From positions 804 to 64,803 of the forward strand of contig CAZNYM010000004.1 of NCBI GenBank assembly GCA_964577255.1: a DNA stretch of 64,000 nt, in the 5' to 3' direction. Numbering within the stretch: position 1 is the stretch's first letter; each line of letters starts with the position of its first letter. A program made the position numbers and the translations under genes. Under the pieces are notes generated by a model. The model was not told the DNA's origin and did not search any database. It saw only the letters and a list, made by a program, of their open reading frames with translations. Of this stretch, positions 36,917-46,705 are shown one piece after another. The stretch is from an uncultured Pseudobdellovibrionaceae bacterium (GTDB lineage Bacteria; Pseudomonadota; Alphaproteobacteria; Micavibrionales; Micavibrionaceae).

Positions 36917-37054
36917 TTTCCTGATTCCGGCGCGATTTGTGTGCCGCCCGGCTCCTGAAAGAATGTCGCAAGCCCCGTGCCAGCAGCCGCCTGTGAAAAC
37001 CAGTTCTTTATATTTATGATGGAGAATGGGAGCCGGGAAAGACCGGGGTTTATT

Positions 37055-38785
37055 ATGCATAACTACAATCCACCACTGAAAGAAATGCTCTTCGTCCTGC
37101 GCCACATGGCGGGGATCGACAAGCTCGGCCGCGCCGATCTCGACGAAGCCATGCTGGAAACGATCCTGGACGAAGCGGGCAAGCTCGCGCGCGACGTGCT
37201 GGCGCCGCTCAATAAAAGCGGCGACCTCGAGGGGTCGATCCTGCAGGGCGACCAGGTGAAGACACCGAAAGGATTCAAGGAAGCCTACGCCGCCTATCGC
37301 GATGGCGGCTGGAATGGCGTGCCGTTCAATCCCGAGTTCGGCGGCCAGGGCCTGCCGTGGCTGCTGGCATTCGCCGTGCAGGAGATGTGGCAATCCGCCA
37401 ACCTGTCCTTCGGCCTGTGCCCGCTTCTCAATCAGGCGGCCGTGGACGCGATCGAGCAGCACGGCACGGCGGAACAGAAGAATATCTATCTTGCCAAGCT
37501 GATTTCCGGCCAGTGGACCGGCACCATGAACCTGACCGAGTCGCATGCTGGCTCCGATCTGGGGCTCCTGAAAGCCAAGGCCGTCAAACAGGCCGACGGC
37601 ACCTATAAAATCACCGGGCAGAAGATTTTTATCACTTACGGCGAGCACGATCTTGCGGAAAACATCATTCACACCGTGCTGGCGCGCCTTCCCGACGCGC
37701 CCGAGGGCGTGAAGGGCATCTCGCTGTTCCTGGTGCCAAAATTCATTCCCGACGCGCAGGGCAATCCCGGTACGCGCAACGACATCAAGTGCGCGGGGCT
37801 CGAACACAAGCTCGGCATTCATGCTTCTCCCACCTGCGTGATGCAATACGGCGAACAGGGCGGGGCCACGGGCTGGCTGATCGGCCGCGAGAACGAAGGC
37901 CTGCGCTATATGTTCACGATGATGAACAACGCCCGCCTGTCGGTGGGCCTGCAGGGCGTGGCTGTTGCCGAACGCGCCTACCAGCAGGCGTTTGGCTATG
38001 CCAACGAACGCGTGCAAGGCACGCGTCTAAGCGATAAAGCGGGCGCGCATGTCGCGATCATCGAACACCCGGACGTTCGCCGCATGTTGTTGTTGATGAA
38101 AGCGCAGACCGACGCCGGACGCATGATGACCTACGAAGCCGCGCTGATGCTCGATCGGGCGCATGCCGGCGATCACGGCGCCCGCGCGCGGGTCGAGCTT
38201 CTTACCCCCATCGTCAAGGCCTGGTGTACCGATATGGCGGTGCGGGTGGCCTCGGAAGGCATTCAGGTGCATGGCGGCATGGGCTTCATCGAGGAAACCG
38301 GCGCGGCGCAGTATTACCGCGACGCCCGCATTCCGCCGATCTATGAAGGCACCAACGGCATCCAGTCGATGGACCTGGCTCTGCGCAAGGTGTTCATGAA
38401 CAAGGGTCAGGCGGCGCGCGCCTATATCGCCGAACTGCGCCAGGATATCGCCGGATCGCCCGAGGAAAAGACGATGCAAGACGCGCTCGACCAGCTCGAG
38501 CGCGCCACGGCACTGGTTCTGGACCGCGGCGAAAAAGACATCGAGGATATCGCAGCGGTATCCGTTCCCTATCTGAATCTTTTTGGCGGTGTAGTCGCCG
38601 GCTGCCGTCTGACGCAGGCGGCGCACGTGGCGCAGGCGGCAGGATACGAAGAGTCTTTCTGTCTCAAGAAAAGAATTCTGGCTACGTTCTTCGCCACGCA
38701 CGTCCTGCCGCAGGCCCTGGCCGGTTATCACACGATGGACAAGGGCGGTGCGCCGGTGGCGGCATTCAAGCCGGAGATGTTCTAG
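37055..38785 (+). CDS. Long-type acyl-CoA dehydrogenase (~580 aa)
   Basis: MHNYNPPLKEMLFVLRH..., GTMNLTESHAGSDL, IFITYGEHD, QVHGGMGFIEETGAAQYYRDARIPPIYEGTNGIQ. The start is uncertain (alternative ATGs at 37016/37019 and 36977). Confidence 0.85.
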   Translation: MHNYNPPLKEMLFVLRHMAGIDKLGRADLDEAMLETILDEAGKLARDVLAPLNKSGDLEGSILQGDQVKTPKGFKEAYAAYRDGGWNGVPFNPEFGGQGLPWLLAFAVQEMWQSANLSFGLCPLLNQAAVDAIEQHGTAEQKNIYLAKLISGQWTGTMNLTESHAGSDLGLLKAKAVKQADGTYKITGQKIFITYGEHDLAENIIHTVLARLPDAPEGVKGISLFLVPKFIPDAQGNPGTRNDIKCAGLEHKLGIHASPTCVMQYGEQGGATGWLIGRENEGLRYMFTMMNNARLSVGLQGVAVAERAYQQAFGYANERVQGTRLSDKAGAHVAIIEHPDVRRMLLLMKAQTDAGRMMTYEAALMLDRAHAGDHGARARVELLTPIVKAWCTDMAVRVASEGIQVHGGMGFIEETGAAQYYRDARIPPIYEGTNGIQSMDLALRKVFMNKGQAARAYIAELRQDIAGSPEEKTMQDALDQLERATALVLDRGEKDIEDIAAVSVPYLNLFGGVVAGCRLTQAAHVAQAAGYEESFCLKKRILATFFATHVLPQALAGYHTMDKGGAPVAAFKPEMF

Positions 38786-38793
38786 CGTTCGCG

Positions 38794-39378
38794 TTAGGGC
38801 GTTGTCGCTGTCAGGGATACCGCGACGGTCACGCCCCCGCCCACCGCGCTTTCATCGGCCCATTCGCCGCTTCCCACGCCGTAATCAAGGCGTTTGATCT
38901 CCGCCCGGCCTTCGGCTTTGGCGGTGCGCTTGCCGGTATCATCTATCGTGATGGCGAGCGTGAAAGGCAGGTCGAGGGGATGGGTCTGGTCGCGGATCGT
39001 CAGGCTGCCGCGGCCGACATAGGAACCGTCGTCCTTTTTCTCGAAAGAGGAGATTTTGTAGGTCGCCTGCGGGAAGCGGGCGCTGTCGAACCATGCCGCG
39101 CCCGGCAGCGCGGCGTCGCGGTCCTTGCTGCCCGTCGAGGCGCTGTTCATGTCGATCGTGATCGTCGCCTGCGACAGGGCGGGCTGGTTCTCGTCGAAAA
39201 TGATCGTGCCGCCGAATACGCCGAAACTGCCCTTGAAGGCTGCGCCCTGCTGCGTGCCTTCGAACGTCAGGGCGCTTTGCGCCGGATCGATGGTCCATGA
39301 CGGCAGCGGCGGCGGCGATTCCGCCTGCGCGGCGGCGGTGATCATCAGGGAGGCAAGAAGAGCGAAAAGCGTTTTCAT
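38794..39378 (-). CDS. YceI-family periplasmic polyisoprenoid-binding protein
   Basis: From ATG 39378: MKTLFALLASLMITAAAQA signal peptide, WTIDPAQSALTFEGTQ..., 194 aa. The longer track ORF (to 39693) adds an Arg/Pro-rich shadow that overlaps the cytochrome gene. Confidence 0.85.
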   Translation of the reverse strand: MKTLFALLASLMITAAAQAESPPPLPSWTIDPAQSALTFEGTQQGAAFKGSFGVFGGTIIFDENQPALSQATITIDMNSASTGSKDRDAALPGAAWFDSARFPQATYKISSFEKKDDGSYVGRGSLTIRDQTHPLDLPFTLAITIDDTGKRTAKAEGRAEIKRLDYGVGSGEWADESAVGGGVTVAVSLTATTP

Positions 39379-39941
39379 GGGGCCGTGTCTTTCCTGCGCC
39401 GGGGGAGGATCATGCGCCGCAGCGTGTCGTCGCGGTCGATGATGTGATGCTTGAGCGCGCCCGCCAGATGAAGGCCGATCGCGCCGATCAGGATGTAGGC
39501 GAGGATTTCGTGAAAGTCGGCAGCGAAACGTGCTAGGTCCTCGGACGGTTTCACGAGATCGGGCAAAGTGAACAGACCGAACACGCTGACCGAGAATCCT
39601 TTGGCCGAAGACATGATCCAGCCTGAAAGCGGCATCAGGATCAGGGCGGTGTAGAAGAACCAGTGGATGAGCGAAGCCAGCAGTTTCTCCCATTTCTTAT
39701 GCGTGGGCAGGGCGAGCGGATGGATGTTCGAAAACCGCCACACCAAGCGCAGGGCCACAAGTGCCAAAACGGTAATGCCAACCGCTTTGTGCAGAGCATA
39801 GATTTTGAAAGCGGCCGGGGAGGGATCGAGCCGCGACATGTAAAGCCCGACCCCGATCAGTCCGATAACGACAAGCGCCACGACGCCGTGCAGAAGCCGG
39901 GCGGCAAGGCCATAGGTCTCAGCGGTGTTGCGCCAGTTCAT
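39375..39941 (-). CDS. Cytochrome b561 family protein
   Basis: From ATG 39941: MNWRNTAETYGLAARLLHGVVALVVIG..., four TM helices with conserved His (LHG, LHKAVG, IHWFFY, GLHLAGALKHH). 188 aa. Confidence 0.85.
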   Translation of the reverse strand: MNWRNTAETYGLAARLLHGVVALVVIGLIGVGLYMSRLDPSPAAFKIYALHKAVGITVLALVALRLVWRFSNIHPLALPTHKKWEKLLASLIHWFFYTALILMPLSGWIMSSAKGFSVSVFGLFTLPDLVKPSEDLARFAADFHEILAYILIGAIGLHLAGALKHHIIDRDDTLRRMILPRRRKDTAP

Positions 39942-39948
39942 GACGGAA

Positions 39949-40551
39949 TCAGGGCGCGGCCGGCGCCGGATCGTCCTGGCGGGGGCCTTCGACCTCGATC
40001 CGCACTTCAATGTCGTCGGCAACCGCGGGCAGGCCATAAGTCATGCCGAATTCGCTGCGCTTGACCGTGGTGGTGGCGGAAAAGCCGGAAACGATCTTGC
40101 CGGAGTAGGGATGTTTGTCGGTCTTGTTATGCGTGACGGCCAGCACAACGGGCTTGGTGACGCCCAGGATCGTCAGGTCACCCGTGATATTGGCGGTGTT
40201 CTCGCCGGTCACGTCGATCTTGGTGCTTTTGAAGGTCATGGCGGGGAATTTCTCGACGTTGAAGAAGTCGGCGTTCTTCATGTGGTCGTTCCATTTCTGA
40301 TCGTTCATTTCGATGCTGCTGGTGTCGATGCTGACCTCGACCGAGGATGCGGCGGGGTTGTCGGTGTCGAAATTGAAATGTCCGTCGAAATTCAGAAACT
40401 TGCCCATCGAGTGGGAGTAGCCAAGGTGGTTTGCGAAAAATAGAATCTGCGTATGTACCTTGTCGAAATCGTATTTGTACGGGGCGGCCTGGGCGGGCAA
40501 GGCTGCGAACAGCAGGGCGGCGGACAAGGCAAGGGCGGGCAGGCGGAACAT
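39949..40551 (-). CDS. YceI-family periplasmic protein (second copy)
   Basis: 200 aa with a signal peptide. YKYDFDKVHTQILFFANHLGYS..., typical YceI lipocalin-like pattern. Confidence 0.85.
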   Translation of the reverse strand: MFRLPALALSAALLFAALPAQAAPYKYDFDKVHTQILFFANHLGYSHSMGKFLNFDGHFNFDTDNPAASSVEVSIDTSSIEMNDQKWNDHMKNADFFNVEKFPAMTFKSTKIDVTGENTANITGDLTILGVTKPVVLAVTHNKTDKHPYSGKIVSGFSATTTVKRSEFGMTYGLPAVADDIEVRIEVEGPRQDDPAPAAP

Positions 40552-40636
40552 GGGCGCACTCCTTAAAGAATGAACGATCCGAGGAAGATAGGATATTTTC
40601 CGTGAAAAACCAGAGCGTAGTGAAAAGAAGATTGAT

Positions 40637-40855
40637 TTAAATTTCTGGAAAATATATTTTCGCCATCGTCACGGCGCATAATGCTCCCACCAGGGCGATG
40701 CCCCAGGCAATCAGGCCATATTTAAGCCGCAGAGATTTATTAGTCAGAAGCTCTTGCCGGTCGACGCCGCGCAGAAGATGATTGAGAATAACCAGGGCGA
40801 CAACAAACCCGCCTATAAACCCGACCAAACCCGCAAGCCAGACCATGTTTGACAC
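40637..40855 (-). CDS. Small two-TM membrane protein, hypothetical
   Basis: 72 aa with two clear hydrophobic helices (VWLAGLVGFIGGFVVALVIL; LIAWGIALVGALCAVTMA). No family recognised. Confidence 0.5.
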   Translation of the reverse strand: MSNMVWLAGLVGFIGGFVVALVILNHLLRGVDRQELLTNKSLRLKYGLIAWGIALVGALCAVTMAKIYFPEI

Positions 40856-40882
40856 CTCCCCGAATGCCGGAAGAAAAGTTTA

Positions 40883-41704
40883 ATGCCTCTCCTTCATATT
40901 GTCATCCTCGCGATTGTCCAGGGGATTTCCGAATTCCTGCCCATCAGCTCGAGCGGCCACCTCATCATCACCCACGCGCTGCTGGGCACGGGCGGCGATA
41001 ATTGGGGCGACAGCCTGACCTTGGATATCGCCGTGCATATCGGCACGCTGCTGGCGGCGCTGATTTATTTCCGCGCCGATATTCTGGCGATGCTGCGCGG
41101 CCTGGTTTCGCGCCAGGTTTCGGCGGAAAACGAGACCGGGAAACGGCTGGCGTTCTTTCTGGTGGCGGCTTCGGTGCCCATTCTGGTGCTGGGATTTGTT
41201 TTGCACCTGACGGAACCGTCGTGGCTGCGTTCCGTGACGGTGACGGCCTGGGCGCTGATAATCTTCGGCGTGCTTCTGGGCGTGGTGGACAGGATCAAAC
41301 CCTCCGACCGCACGATTTCTTCGCTTGGTTTTCGTGAGGCGATGATCATCGGTTTTGCGCAGATGCTGTCCATGATTCCCGGCACCAGCCGTTCGGGCAT
41401 CACCATGACGGCGGCCCGTTTTCTCGGGCTTTCACGGGTAGAAGCCGCACGTTTTTCGCTGCTGCTCGGCATCGTCGCCATTTCGGCGGCAGGACTGGTG
41501 GGGATCGTCGATTTATTCGAAAAACCCGACCCCGATCTGTGGCTGACGGCGGCGGCGGGCATTGCCGTGTCGTTCCTGGCCGGCATTTCCGCCATTCACG
41601 TGCTGCTGAAATGGCTGGCGCGTTCCACGCTCATGCCGTTTGCGATATATCGCGTGGTGCTGGGCGCGCTGTTGCTTGTTCTGGTCTATACGGGCGCGCT
41701 GTAG
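40883..41704 (+). CDS. uppP: Undecaprenyl-diphosphate phosphatase
   Basis: 273 aa. QGISEFLPISSSGHL and PGTSRSGITM motifs of BacA/UppP. Confidence 0.92.
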   Translation: MPLLHIVILAIVQGISEFLPISSSGHLIITHALLGTGGDNWGDSLTLDIAVHIGTLLAALIYFRADILAMLRGLVSRQVSAENETGKRLAFFLVAASVPILVLGFVLHLTEPSWLRSVTVTAWALIIFGVLLGVVDRIKPSDRTISSLGFREAMIIGFAQMLSMIPGTSRSGITMTAARFLGLSRVEAARFSLLLGIVAISAAGLVGIVDLFEKPDPDLWLTAAAGIAVSFLAGISAIHVLLKWLARSTLMPFAIYRVVLGALLLVLVYTGAL

Positions 41705-42246
41705 CGCAAAAACGAAACAGCCGTATCGCCGTAGTTTTTATGCGTGAGCGACATGAAACCCGCGGGCAGCGTGAGCGCCAGCCCTTTTTCACTTTCACAG
41801 ACGCACAAGGCACCCGGCGCCAGCCATTCTCCCGTCACAAGCGATTGCAAAACAGGTACGATCAGACTCTGGCGGTAAGGCGGATCGATAAAGATGAGAT
41901 TGAGAAGAGATTGCGCCGGGATGCGCGGCTTCAGGCGCGTCGCGTCAACCCTGATAAAAGTCGCAGCAGAGGACAGCCCGAACGCTTCGGCATTCCCGCG
42001 CGCATAACGCAGATGTGTTTCGCTGTCGTCGACAAACAGACACGAAGCCGCGCCGCGTGACAAGGCTTCCAGTCCCAGCGCCCCGGTGCCGCAGCACAGA
42101 TCGGCGACGGCCGCGCCATTCGGCAATTCGTAACCATAAAGCACATTGAAAACGGCCTGGCGCACCTTGTCGGCGGTCGGGCGCACCGCCTGGCCCGGCG
42201 GCGCCTTGATCGGCCGCCCCCTGCAGCTGCCGCTTGTGATCTTCAT
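41686..42246 (-). CDS. rsmD: 16S rRNA (guanine966-N2)-methyltransferase
   Basis: 186 aa. RPTADKVRQAVFN, DLCCGTGALGLEALSRGA SAM motif and DPPY motif. The 3' end overlaps the uppP 3' end by 19 nt (convergent). Confidence 0.88.
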   Translation of the reverse strand: MKITSGSCRGRPIKAPPGQAVRPTADKVRQAVFNVLYGYELPNGAAVADLCCGTGALGLEALSRGAASCLFVDDSETHLRYARGNAEAFGLSSAATFIRVDATRLKPRIPAQSLLNLIFIDPPYRQSLIVPVLQSLVTGEWLAPGALCVCESEKGLALTLPAGFMSLTHKNYGDTAVSFLRYSAPV

Positions 42247-42986
42247 GATTTTTTCTGTCCAAAATAACCGGCCAGCTGTTCATGCATGACCTTGCGACCG
42301 ACTTCCTTCACCGCGCCGGGTTCGAGCTTGCCAAGCTGGAAGGGGCCGTAGGCGACACGGATCAGCCGCGTGACCGTGAGGCCGCAGGCTTCCATGACGT
42401 AACGGATCTCGCGGTTCTTGCCCTCGCGCAGGCCCAGCGTCAGCCAGCTGTTGGTGCCCTGGCTGCGGTCGACCGCCGCTTCGATCGGGCCGTAATGCAC
42501 GCCGTCATAGGTCAGGCCCGCCGCCAGCCTGTCGGCGAAATCGTCATCGGGGTGACCGTGCACCCGCACGCGGTAGCGGCGTATCCAGCCCGTTGCCGGA
42601 AGTTCGAGGTAGCGCGACAGGCCGCCGTCGTTGGTCAGAAGCAAAAGCCCCTCGGTGTTCAGGTCGAGCCGCCCGACGCTGACCACCCGCGGCATGTCGG
42701 AGGGCAGATCGTCGAAAACGGTCGCGCGCCCCCGCTCGTCGCGGGCCGTGGTCACGAGTCCCGCCGGCTTGTGATAAAGAAAAAGCCGCGTTTCGCCGGG
42801 CGCCGCCACGGACTCGCCGTCGACACGGATATCCTCGGCGCCCGTGACCAGAAAAGCCGGGGTCGCAAGCACAGCACCGTCAACCTGCACCCGGCCCTCG
42901 CCGATCAGGCGTTCGGCGTCGCGGCGGGAACATACGCCCGCGCGGGCGAGCCATTTGGCGATGCGCTCTTTGCCATCTTCTGTCAT
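42243..42986 (-). CDS. rluB: Pseudouridine synthase, RsuA/RluB family with S4 domain
   Basis: 247 aa. RIAKWLARAGVCSRRDAERLI (S4) and VGRLDLNTEGLLLLTNDG catalytic-Asp motif. Confidence 0.85.
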   Translation of the reverse strand: MTEDGKERIAKWLARAGVCSRRDAERLIGEGRVQVDGAVLATPAFLVTGAEDIRVDGESVAAPGETRLFLYHKPAGLVTTARDERGRATVFDDLPSDMPRVVSVGRLDLNTEGLLLLTNDGGLSRYLELPATGWIRRYRVRVHGHPDDDFADRLAAGLTYDGVHYGPIEAAVDRSQGTNSWLTLGLREGKNREIRYVMEACGLTVTRLIRVAYGPFQLGKLEPGAVKEVGRKVMHEQLAGYFGQKKS

Positions 42987-43049
42987 GGTCTCTGTTTATC
43001 CGAAGCGCCGGGGATTGCGAAGAAAAATCGGAATCGCTACTGTCCGGAC

Positions 43050-43499
43050 ATGGACAAAGATTTCATGGATATGGCTTTGGCCGAGGCGCGCGCTGCCGGG
43101 GAGCGCGGCGAAGTGCCGATCGGGGCCGTGCTCGTCGATCAGCAGAGCGGCCGCGTGGTGGCGCGGGCCGGCAACCGCACGCGTGAACATAACGATCCGA
43201 CCGCGCACGCCGAGGTGCTGGTCATCCGCCAGGCTTGCGGCCAGGCGGGCGCGCAGCGTATTCCCGGTCTCGATCTTTATGTGACGCTCGAACCCTGTGC
43301 GCTGTGCGCGGCGGCGGCCAGCTTCGCGCGCGTGCGGCGGGTGGTTTACGGCGCGCCCGATCCCAAGGGCGGCGGCATCGATCACGGCGGGCGTTTTTAT
43401 ACCCAGCCGACCTGTCATCACCGGCCTGAAGTGACGGCGGGCGTGGGAGAGGAAGAGGCAGGCCGGTTACTTAAAGATTTTTTCGCCGACAGGCGTTAG
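43050..43499 (+). CDS. tadA: tRNA adenosine(34) deaminase
   Basis: From ATG 43050: MDKDFMDMALAEARAAGERGEVPIGAVLV..., with HAEVL and TLEPCALCAAA zinc motifs. 149 aa. The upstream part of the track ORF is antisense shadow. Confidence 0.9.
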   Translation: MDKDFMDMALAEARAAGERGEVPIGAVLVDQQSGRVVARAGNRTREHNDPTAHAEVLVIRQACGQAGAQRIPGLDLYVTLEPCALCAAAASFARVRRVVYGAPDPKGGGIDHGGRFYTQPTCHHRPEVTAGVGEEEAGRLLKDFFADRR

Positions 43500-44371
43500 G
43501 ATATGCCTGTCTTGAAATGCGGCGATTTTTGCACCATCGCCAGCATGCGTTCCTTGGTAAACGGTTTTTTGAGGAACCCGGCCGCGCCCAGTTCGGTTGC
43601 CGTCTTGATATTGCTTGCTACCGTATCGACGCTCAGCATCACCACATAGGCGTCAGGGTCTGCAGCGCGGATGGCGGCCAGGGTCTGATGGCCGTCCATG
43701 CCCGGCAAGTGGATATCGAGGAAGGCGATGTCGGGCGCGTGCTCGATATAGGCGGCAAGGCCTTCTTCGCCGGTCTTGGCATGGATCAATTCATAATCCT
43801 TATTGAGGATGTTGGAGGCATAAGCGGCGGTGAAATGATCATCCTCGACGATCAGCGCCAGCGTATCGACCCGCCGGTCGCGGCGCAGCTTGATGCTGGC
43901 GACGCGCGGCGTGTCGCCCAGCGTGTCGTAAGCCTTCATGCGTGTGGCGCCGACAAGCCGCTGCTCGGCCACGCGCTGCAGGGCGTAGATGTCGTGCGAG
44001 AGATCGTGAACCCGCGCCACCGCGTTGCCAAGGCGCGTGGCCTGCTGGCCCAGGAAGGTCATGGTGTCTGCCATGTTGTGCGCGGGCCCGGTTTTCATCA
44101 GCAGGCATAAATCGCCGTCGGCACACTGGATCAGATGCCCTTCGCGATCGCCGCAGGCGGCCAGCAGCGTCTTGGCCTCCTCTTCGGTGCGGCGGCGATG
44201 CTGGAACAGTTTGGCGCCCGTCTGGGCCAGATCGGCGATCACATCCTCGTGGCGCAGCTGCGCCGACAGCCCGGCATGCAGACACAGCCAGACGTCATCT
44301 TTCTGGCGGATGGTTTCAAGAATCCCCAGGAATTCGTGTTCGGCGCTTTGATGGATATGGCGTACGGACAT
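43496..44371 (-). CDS. Response regulator with C-terminal receiver domain and uncharacterised ~165-aa N-terminal domain
   Basis: 291 aa. The C-terminus ALIVEDDHFTA...IAFLDIHLPGMDGHQTL...VVMLSVD...GFLKKPF is a CheY-like REC domain. The N-terminal half has no motif I recognise. Confidence 0.75.
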   Translation of the reverse strand: MSVRHIHQSAEHEFLGILETIRQKDDVWLCLHAGLSAQLRHEDVIADLAQTGAKLFQHRRRTEEEAKTLLAACGDREGHLIQCADGDLCLLMKTGPAHNMADTMTFLGQQATRLGNAVARVHDLSHDIYALQRVAEQRLVGATRMKAYDTLGDTPRVASIKLRRDRRVDTLALIVEDDHFTAAYASNILNKDYELIHAKTGEEGLAAYIEHAPDIAFLDIHLPGMDGHQTLAAIRAADPDAYVVMLSVDTVASNIKTATELGAAGFLKKPFTKERMLAMVQKSPHFKTGIS

Positions 44372-44470
44372 GGCCGGGTGATTCTAGCTGAGCGTCGCCC
44401 GCAAGTCTGCCCTGCATGACGGAAACACTTTGGTATTATGTATAACAAAAACACAAGGCCTATCCTTCTG

Positions 44471-44506
44471 AAAAGCCTTCATATTTAAGCGAAGGGCTGG
44501 CTTTTT
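44471..44506 (+). terminator. Terminator-like hairpin with A-tract and T-tract in the spoT upstream region
   Basis: AAAAGCCTTC (44471-44480)...GAA(44491-44493)...GGCTTTT (44499-44505) followed by TC. Function unclear, because the flanking genes diverge. Confidence 0.25.
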
Positions 44507-44536
44507 CTATATTGCCTCTGCATTATATTGAGTCTG

Positions 44537-46702
44537 ATGGAAGCGCTGGCGCAAAATCTGGTGGACAAGATCCGCCGCTACAATCCCGACGTCGATGCCG
44601 GGATGATCGAGCGCGCCCATGATTTCGCCCGCAAGATGCATGAGGGGCAGACCCGCGCCTCGGGCGAGCCTTATTACACCCATCCGATGGCGGTCGCGGG
44701 CATTCTGGCCGACATGCGCATGGACCTGTCCAGCATCGTCACCGCCATTCTGCACGATACGCTCGAGGACACGCGCGCCACTACCGACGACCTCAAAGCG
44801 CAGTTCGGGCCTGAGGTGGCGACGCTCGTCAACGGCGTCAGCAAGCTAAGCAAGATCGAAGGCCAGACGCTGGAAGGCAAGCAGGCGGAGAATTTCCGCA
44901 AGCTGGTGCTGGCGATGTCCGAGGACATCCGCGTGCTGCTGGTCAAGCTCGCGGACCGGCTGCACAACATCCGCACGCTGCATCATATCCAGAAACCGGA
45001 AAAGCGCCGGCGTATCGCCCGCGAAACCATCGAGGTGTACGCGCCGCTGGCCGAGCGTATTGGCCTGCACAATCTTAAAGAGGAGCTTGAGGATCTGGCC
45101 TTCAGCCATCTCAACCCTGAAGCGCGCGACAGCATTGCCAACCGCCTTTCGTTCCTACGCCAGGAAGGATCGAAGGTCGTCACCGACATCATCGGCGAAC
45201 TGAAGGCCATTCTCAAGGAGAGCGGCATCGATGCCGATGTCAGCGGCCGGGAAAAGACGCGCTACTCCATCTGGCGCAAGATGCAGCGCAAGAACGTGTC
45301 GTTCGAGCAGTTGTCTGACATCATGGCTTTTCGCGTGGTGGTGGAGGATATCGAGCAGTGCTATCACGCGCTGGGTATCGTCCACAGCCATTACCCGACC
45401 GTGCCGGGGCGTTTCAAGGACTACATCTCTACGCCCAAGCCCAACGGCTACCGCTCGATCCACACTACCGTGATCGGCCCGTCCAACCACCGCATCGAGA
45501 TCCAGATCCGCAGCCGCGAGATGGACGAGGAAGCTGAACTGGGCGTGGCTGCGCACTGGGCTTATAAGGAAGGAGGCAAGCGCGGTGACCCGAAGGACGC
45601 GCGGCAATATCGCTGGCTGCGCGACCTGCTTGAGATCATCGAACAGGAGCAGCGCCCCGAGGATATTCTCGAAAACACCCGCCTCGAGCTGTTCCAGGAC
45701 CAGGTTTACGCCTTCACGCCCAAGGGCGATCTGATCGAGCTGCCGACCGGCTCCACGCCCGTCGATTTCGCCTATGCCATCCACTCGGACCTGGGTGACA
45801 AATGCGTGGGCGCCAAAATCAACGGCCGCATCGCGCCGCTCAATACCAAGCTCAATAACGGTGATCAGGTTGACATCATCACCGCCAAGAATCAGACGCC
45901 TTCGCCGACCTGGGAGCGTTTTGTCGTCACTGGCAAGGCGCGCTCGCATATCCGCCGCTTCATCCGTCTGCAGCAGCGCGAGCAATATGTCACGCTCGGG
46001 CGCGCTATCATCCAGAAGATCTTCCAGCAGGAAGGTTATGAATACACGGAAAAGGCCGTCGCCGGCGTGATCGAGCAGTTCGGCGCCGAGAACGCCGACG
46101 ACATTTTCGCTGGCGTGGGACAGGGCAACATTGTCGGCCGCGACGTGTTCCGCGCCATCTTCCCCGCGCACAAGACCGCCCCGGCTAAAAAGCCGACCGA
46201 CGCCGAAGTCGAGCAGTTGGCGGTCAATAAAAAGAGCGCCCAGGAAAAGCCGATGCCGATCAAGGGGCTCATCCCCGGTATGGCGGTGCATTTCGCGCGT
46301 TGCTGCCACCCGCTGCCGGGCGATCGCATCGTCGGCATCGTCACCACCGGCAAGGGCGTGACCGTGCACACCATCGATTGCGATACGCTCGAGAACTTCG
46401 CCGACACGCCGGAACGCTGGCTGGATGTGTCGTGGGGTGAGGGGCCGGATTCGCCCGAGGCGCGCGTCGGGCGCCTGCAGGTGACGATCTCCAATGTCGC
46501 GGGCGCCCTGGGCACGCTGTCCACTGTAATCGCCAAGAACGGCGGCAACATCACCAATCTCAAGATCACCAGCCGGTCGCTCGATTTCTGGGACATGCTG
46601 ATCGATATTTACGTCAACGATACCAAGCACCTCAACGACATCGTCGCCGCCCTGCGCGCCACGCCGCAGATCGCCTCGGTCGAGCGGGCGCGGGGGCGCT
46701 AG
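44537..46702 (+). CDS. spoT: Bifunctional (p)ppGpp synthetase/hydrolase (RelA/SpoT homolog)
   Basis: The track start at 44528 is TTG; the first ATG is 44537 (MEALAQNL...). HD hydrolase motif (YYTHPMAVAGIL, HDTLEDT), synthetase domain (RYSIWRKM, YRSIHTTV), TGS domain and C-terminal ACT-like domain. Confidence 0.92.
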   Translation: MEALAQNLVDKIRRYNPDVDAGMIERAHDFARKMHEGQTRASGEPYYTHPMAVAGILADMRMDLSSIVTAILHDTLEDTRATTDDLKAQFGPEVATLVNGVSKLSKIEGQTLEGKQAENFRKLVLAMSEDIRVLLVKLADRLHNIRTLHHIQKPEKRRRIARETIEVYAPLAERIGLHNLKEELEDLAFSHLNPEARDSIANRLSFLRQEGSKVVTDIIGELKAILKESGIDADVSGREKTRYSIWRKMQRKNVSFEQLSDIMAFRVVVEDIEQCYHALGIVHSHYPTVPGRFKDYISTPKPNGYRSIHTTVIGPSNHRIEIQIRSREMDEEAELGVAAHWAYKEGGKRGDPKDARQYRWLRDLLEIIEQEQRPEDILENTRLELFQDQVYAFTPKGDLIELPTGSTPVDFAYAIHSDLGDKCVGAKINGRIAPLNTKLNNGDQVDIITAKNQTPSPTWERFVVTGKARSHIRRFIRLQQREQYVTLGRAIIQKIFQQEGYEYTEKAVAGVIEQFGAENADDIFAGVGQGNIVGRDVFRAIFPAHKTAPAKKPTDAEVEQLAVNKKSAQEKPMPIKGLIPGMAVHFARCCHPLPGDRIVGIVTTGKGVTVHTIDCDTLENFADTPERWLDVSWGEGPDSPEARVGRLQVTISNVAGALGTLSTVIAKNGGNITNLKITSRSLDFWDMLIDIYVNDTKHLNDIVAALRATPQIASVERARGR

Positions 46703-46705
46703 GGC

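Noticed and set aside
36020-38017. 665-aa minus-strand ORF taken as one protein
   Set aside because: Only the C-terminal 298 aa (from ATG 36916) look like a real SLT-domain protein. The upstream 367 aa are antisense to the acyl-CoA dehydrogenase gene.
38794-40037. Long N-terminal extensions of the YceI (to 39693) and cytochrome b561 (to 40037) ORFs
   Set aside because: The extensions are Arg/Pro-rich and overlap the upstream gene. Internal ATGs at 39378 and 39941 give a canonical signal peptide and a canonical first TM helix, with tidy operon spacing.
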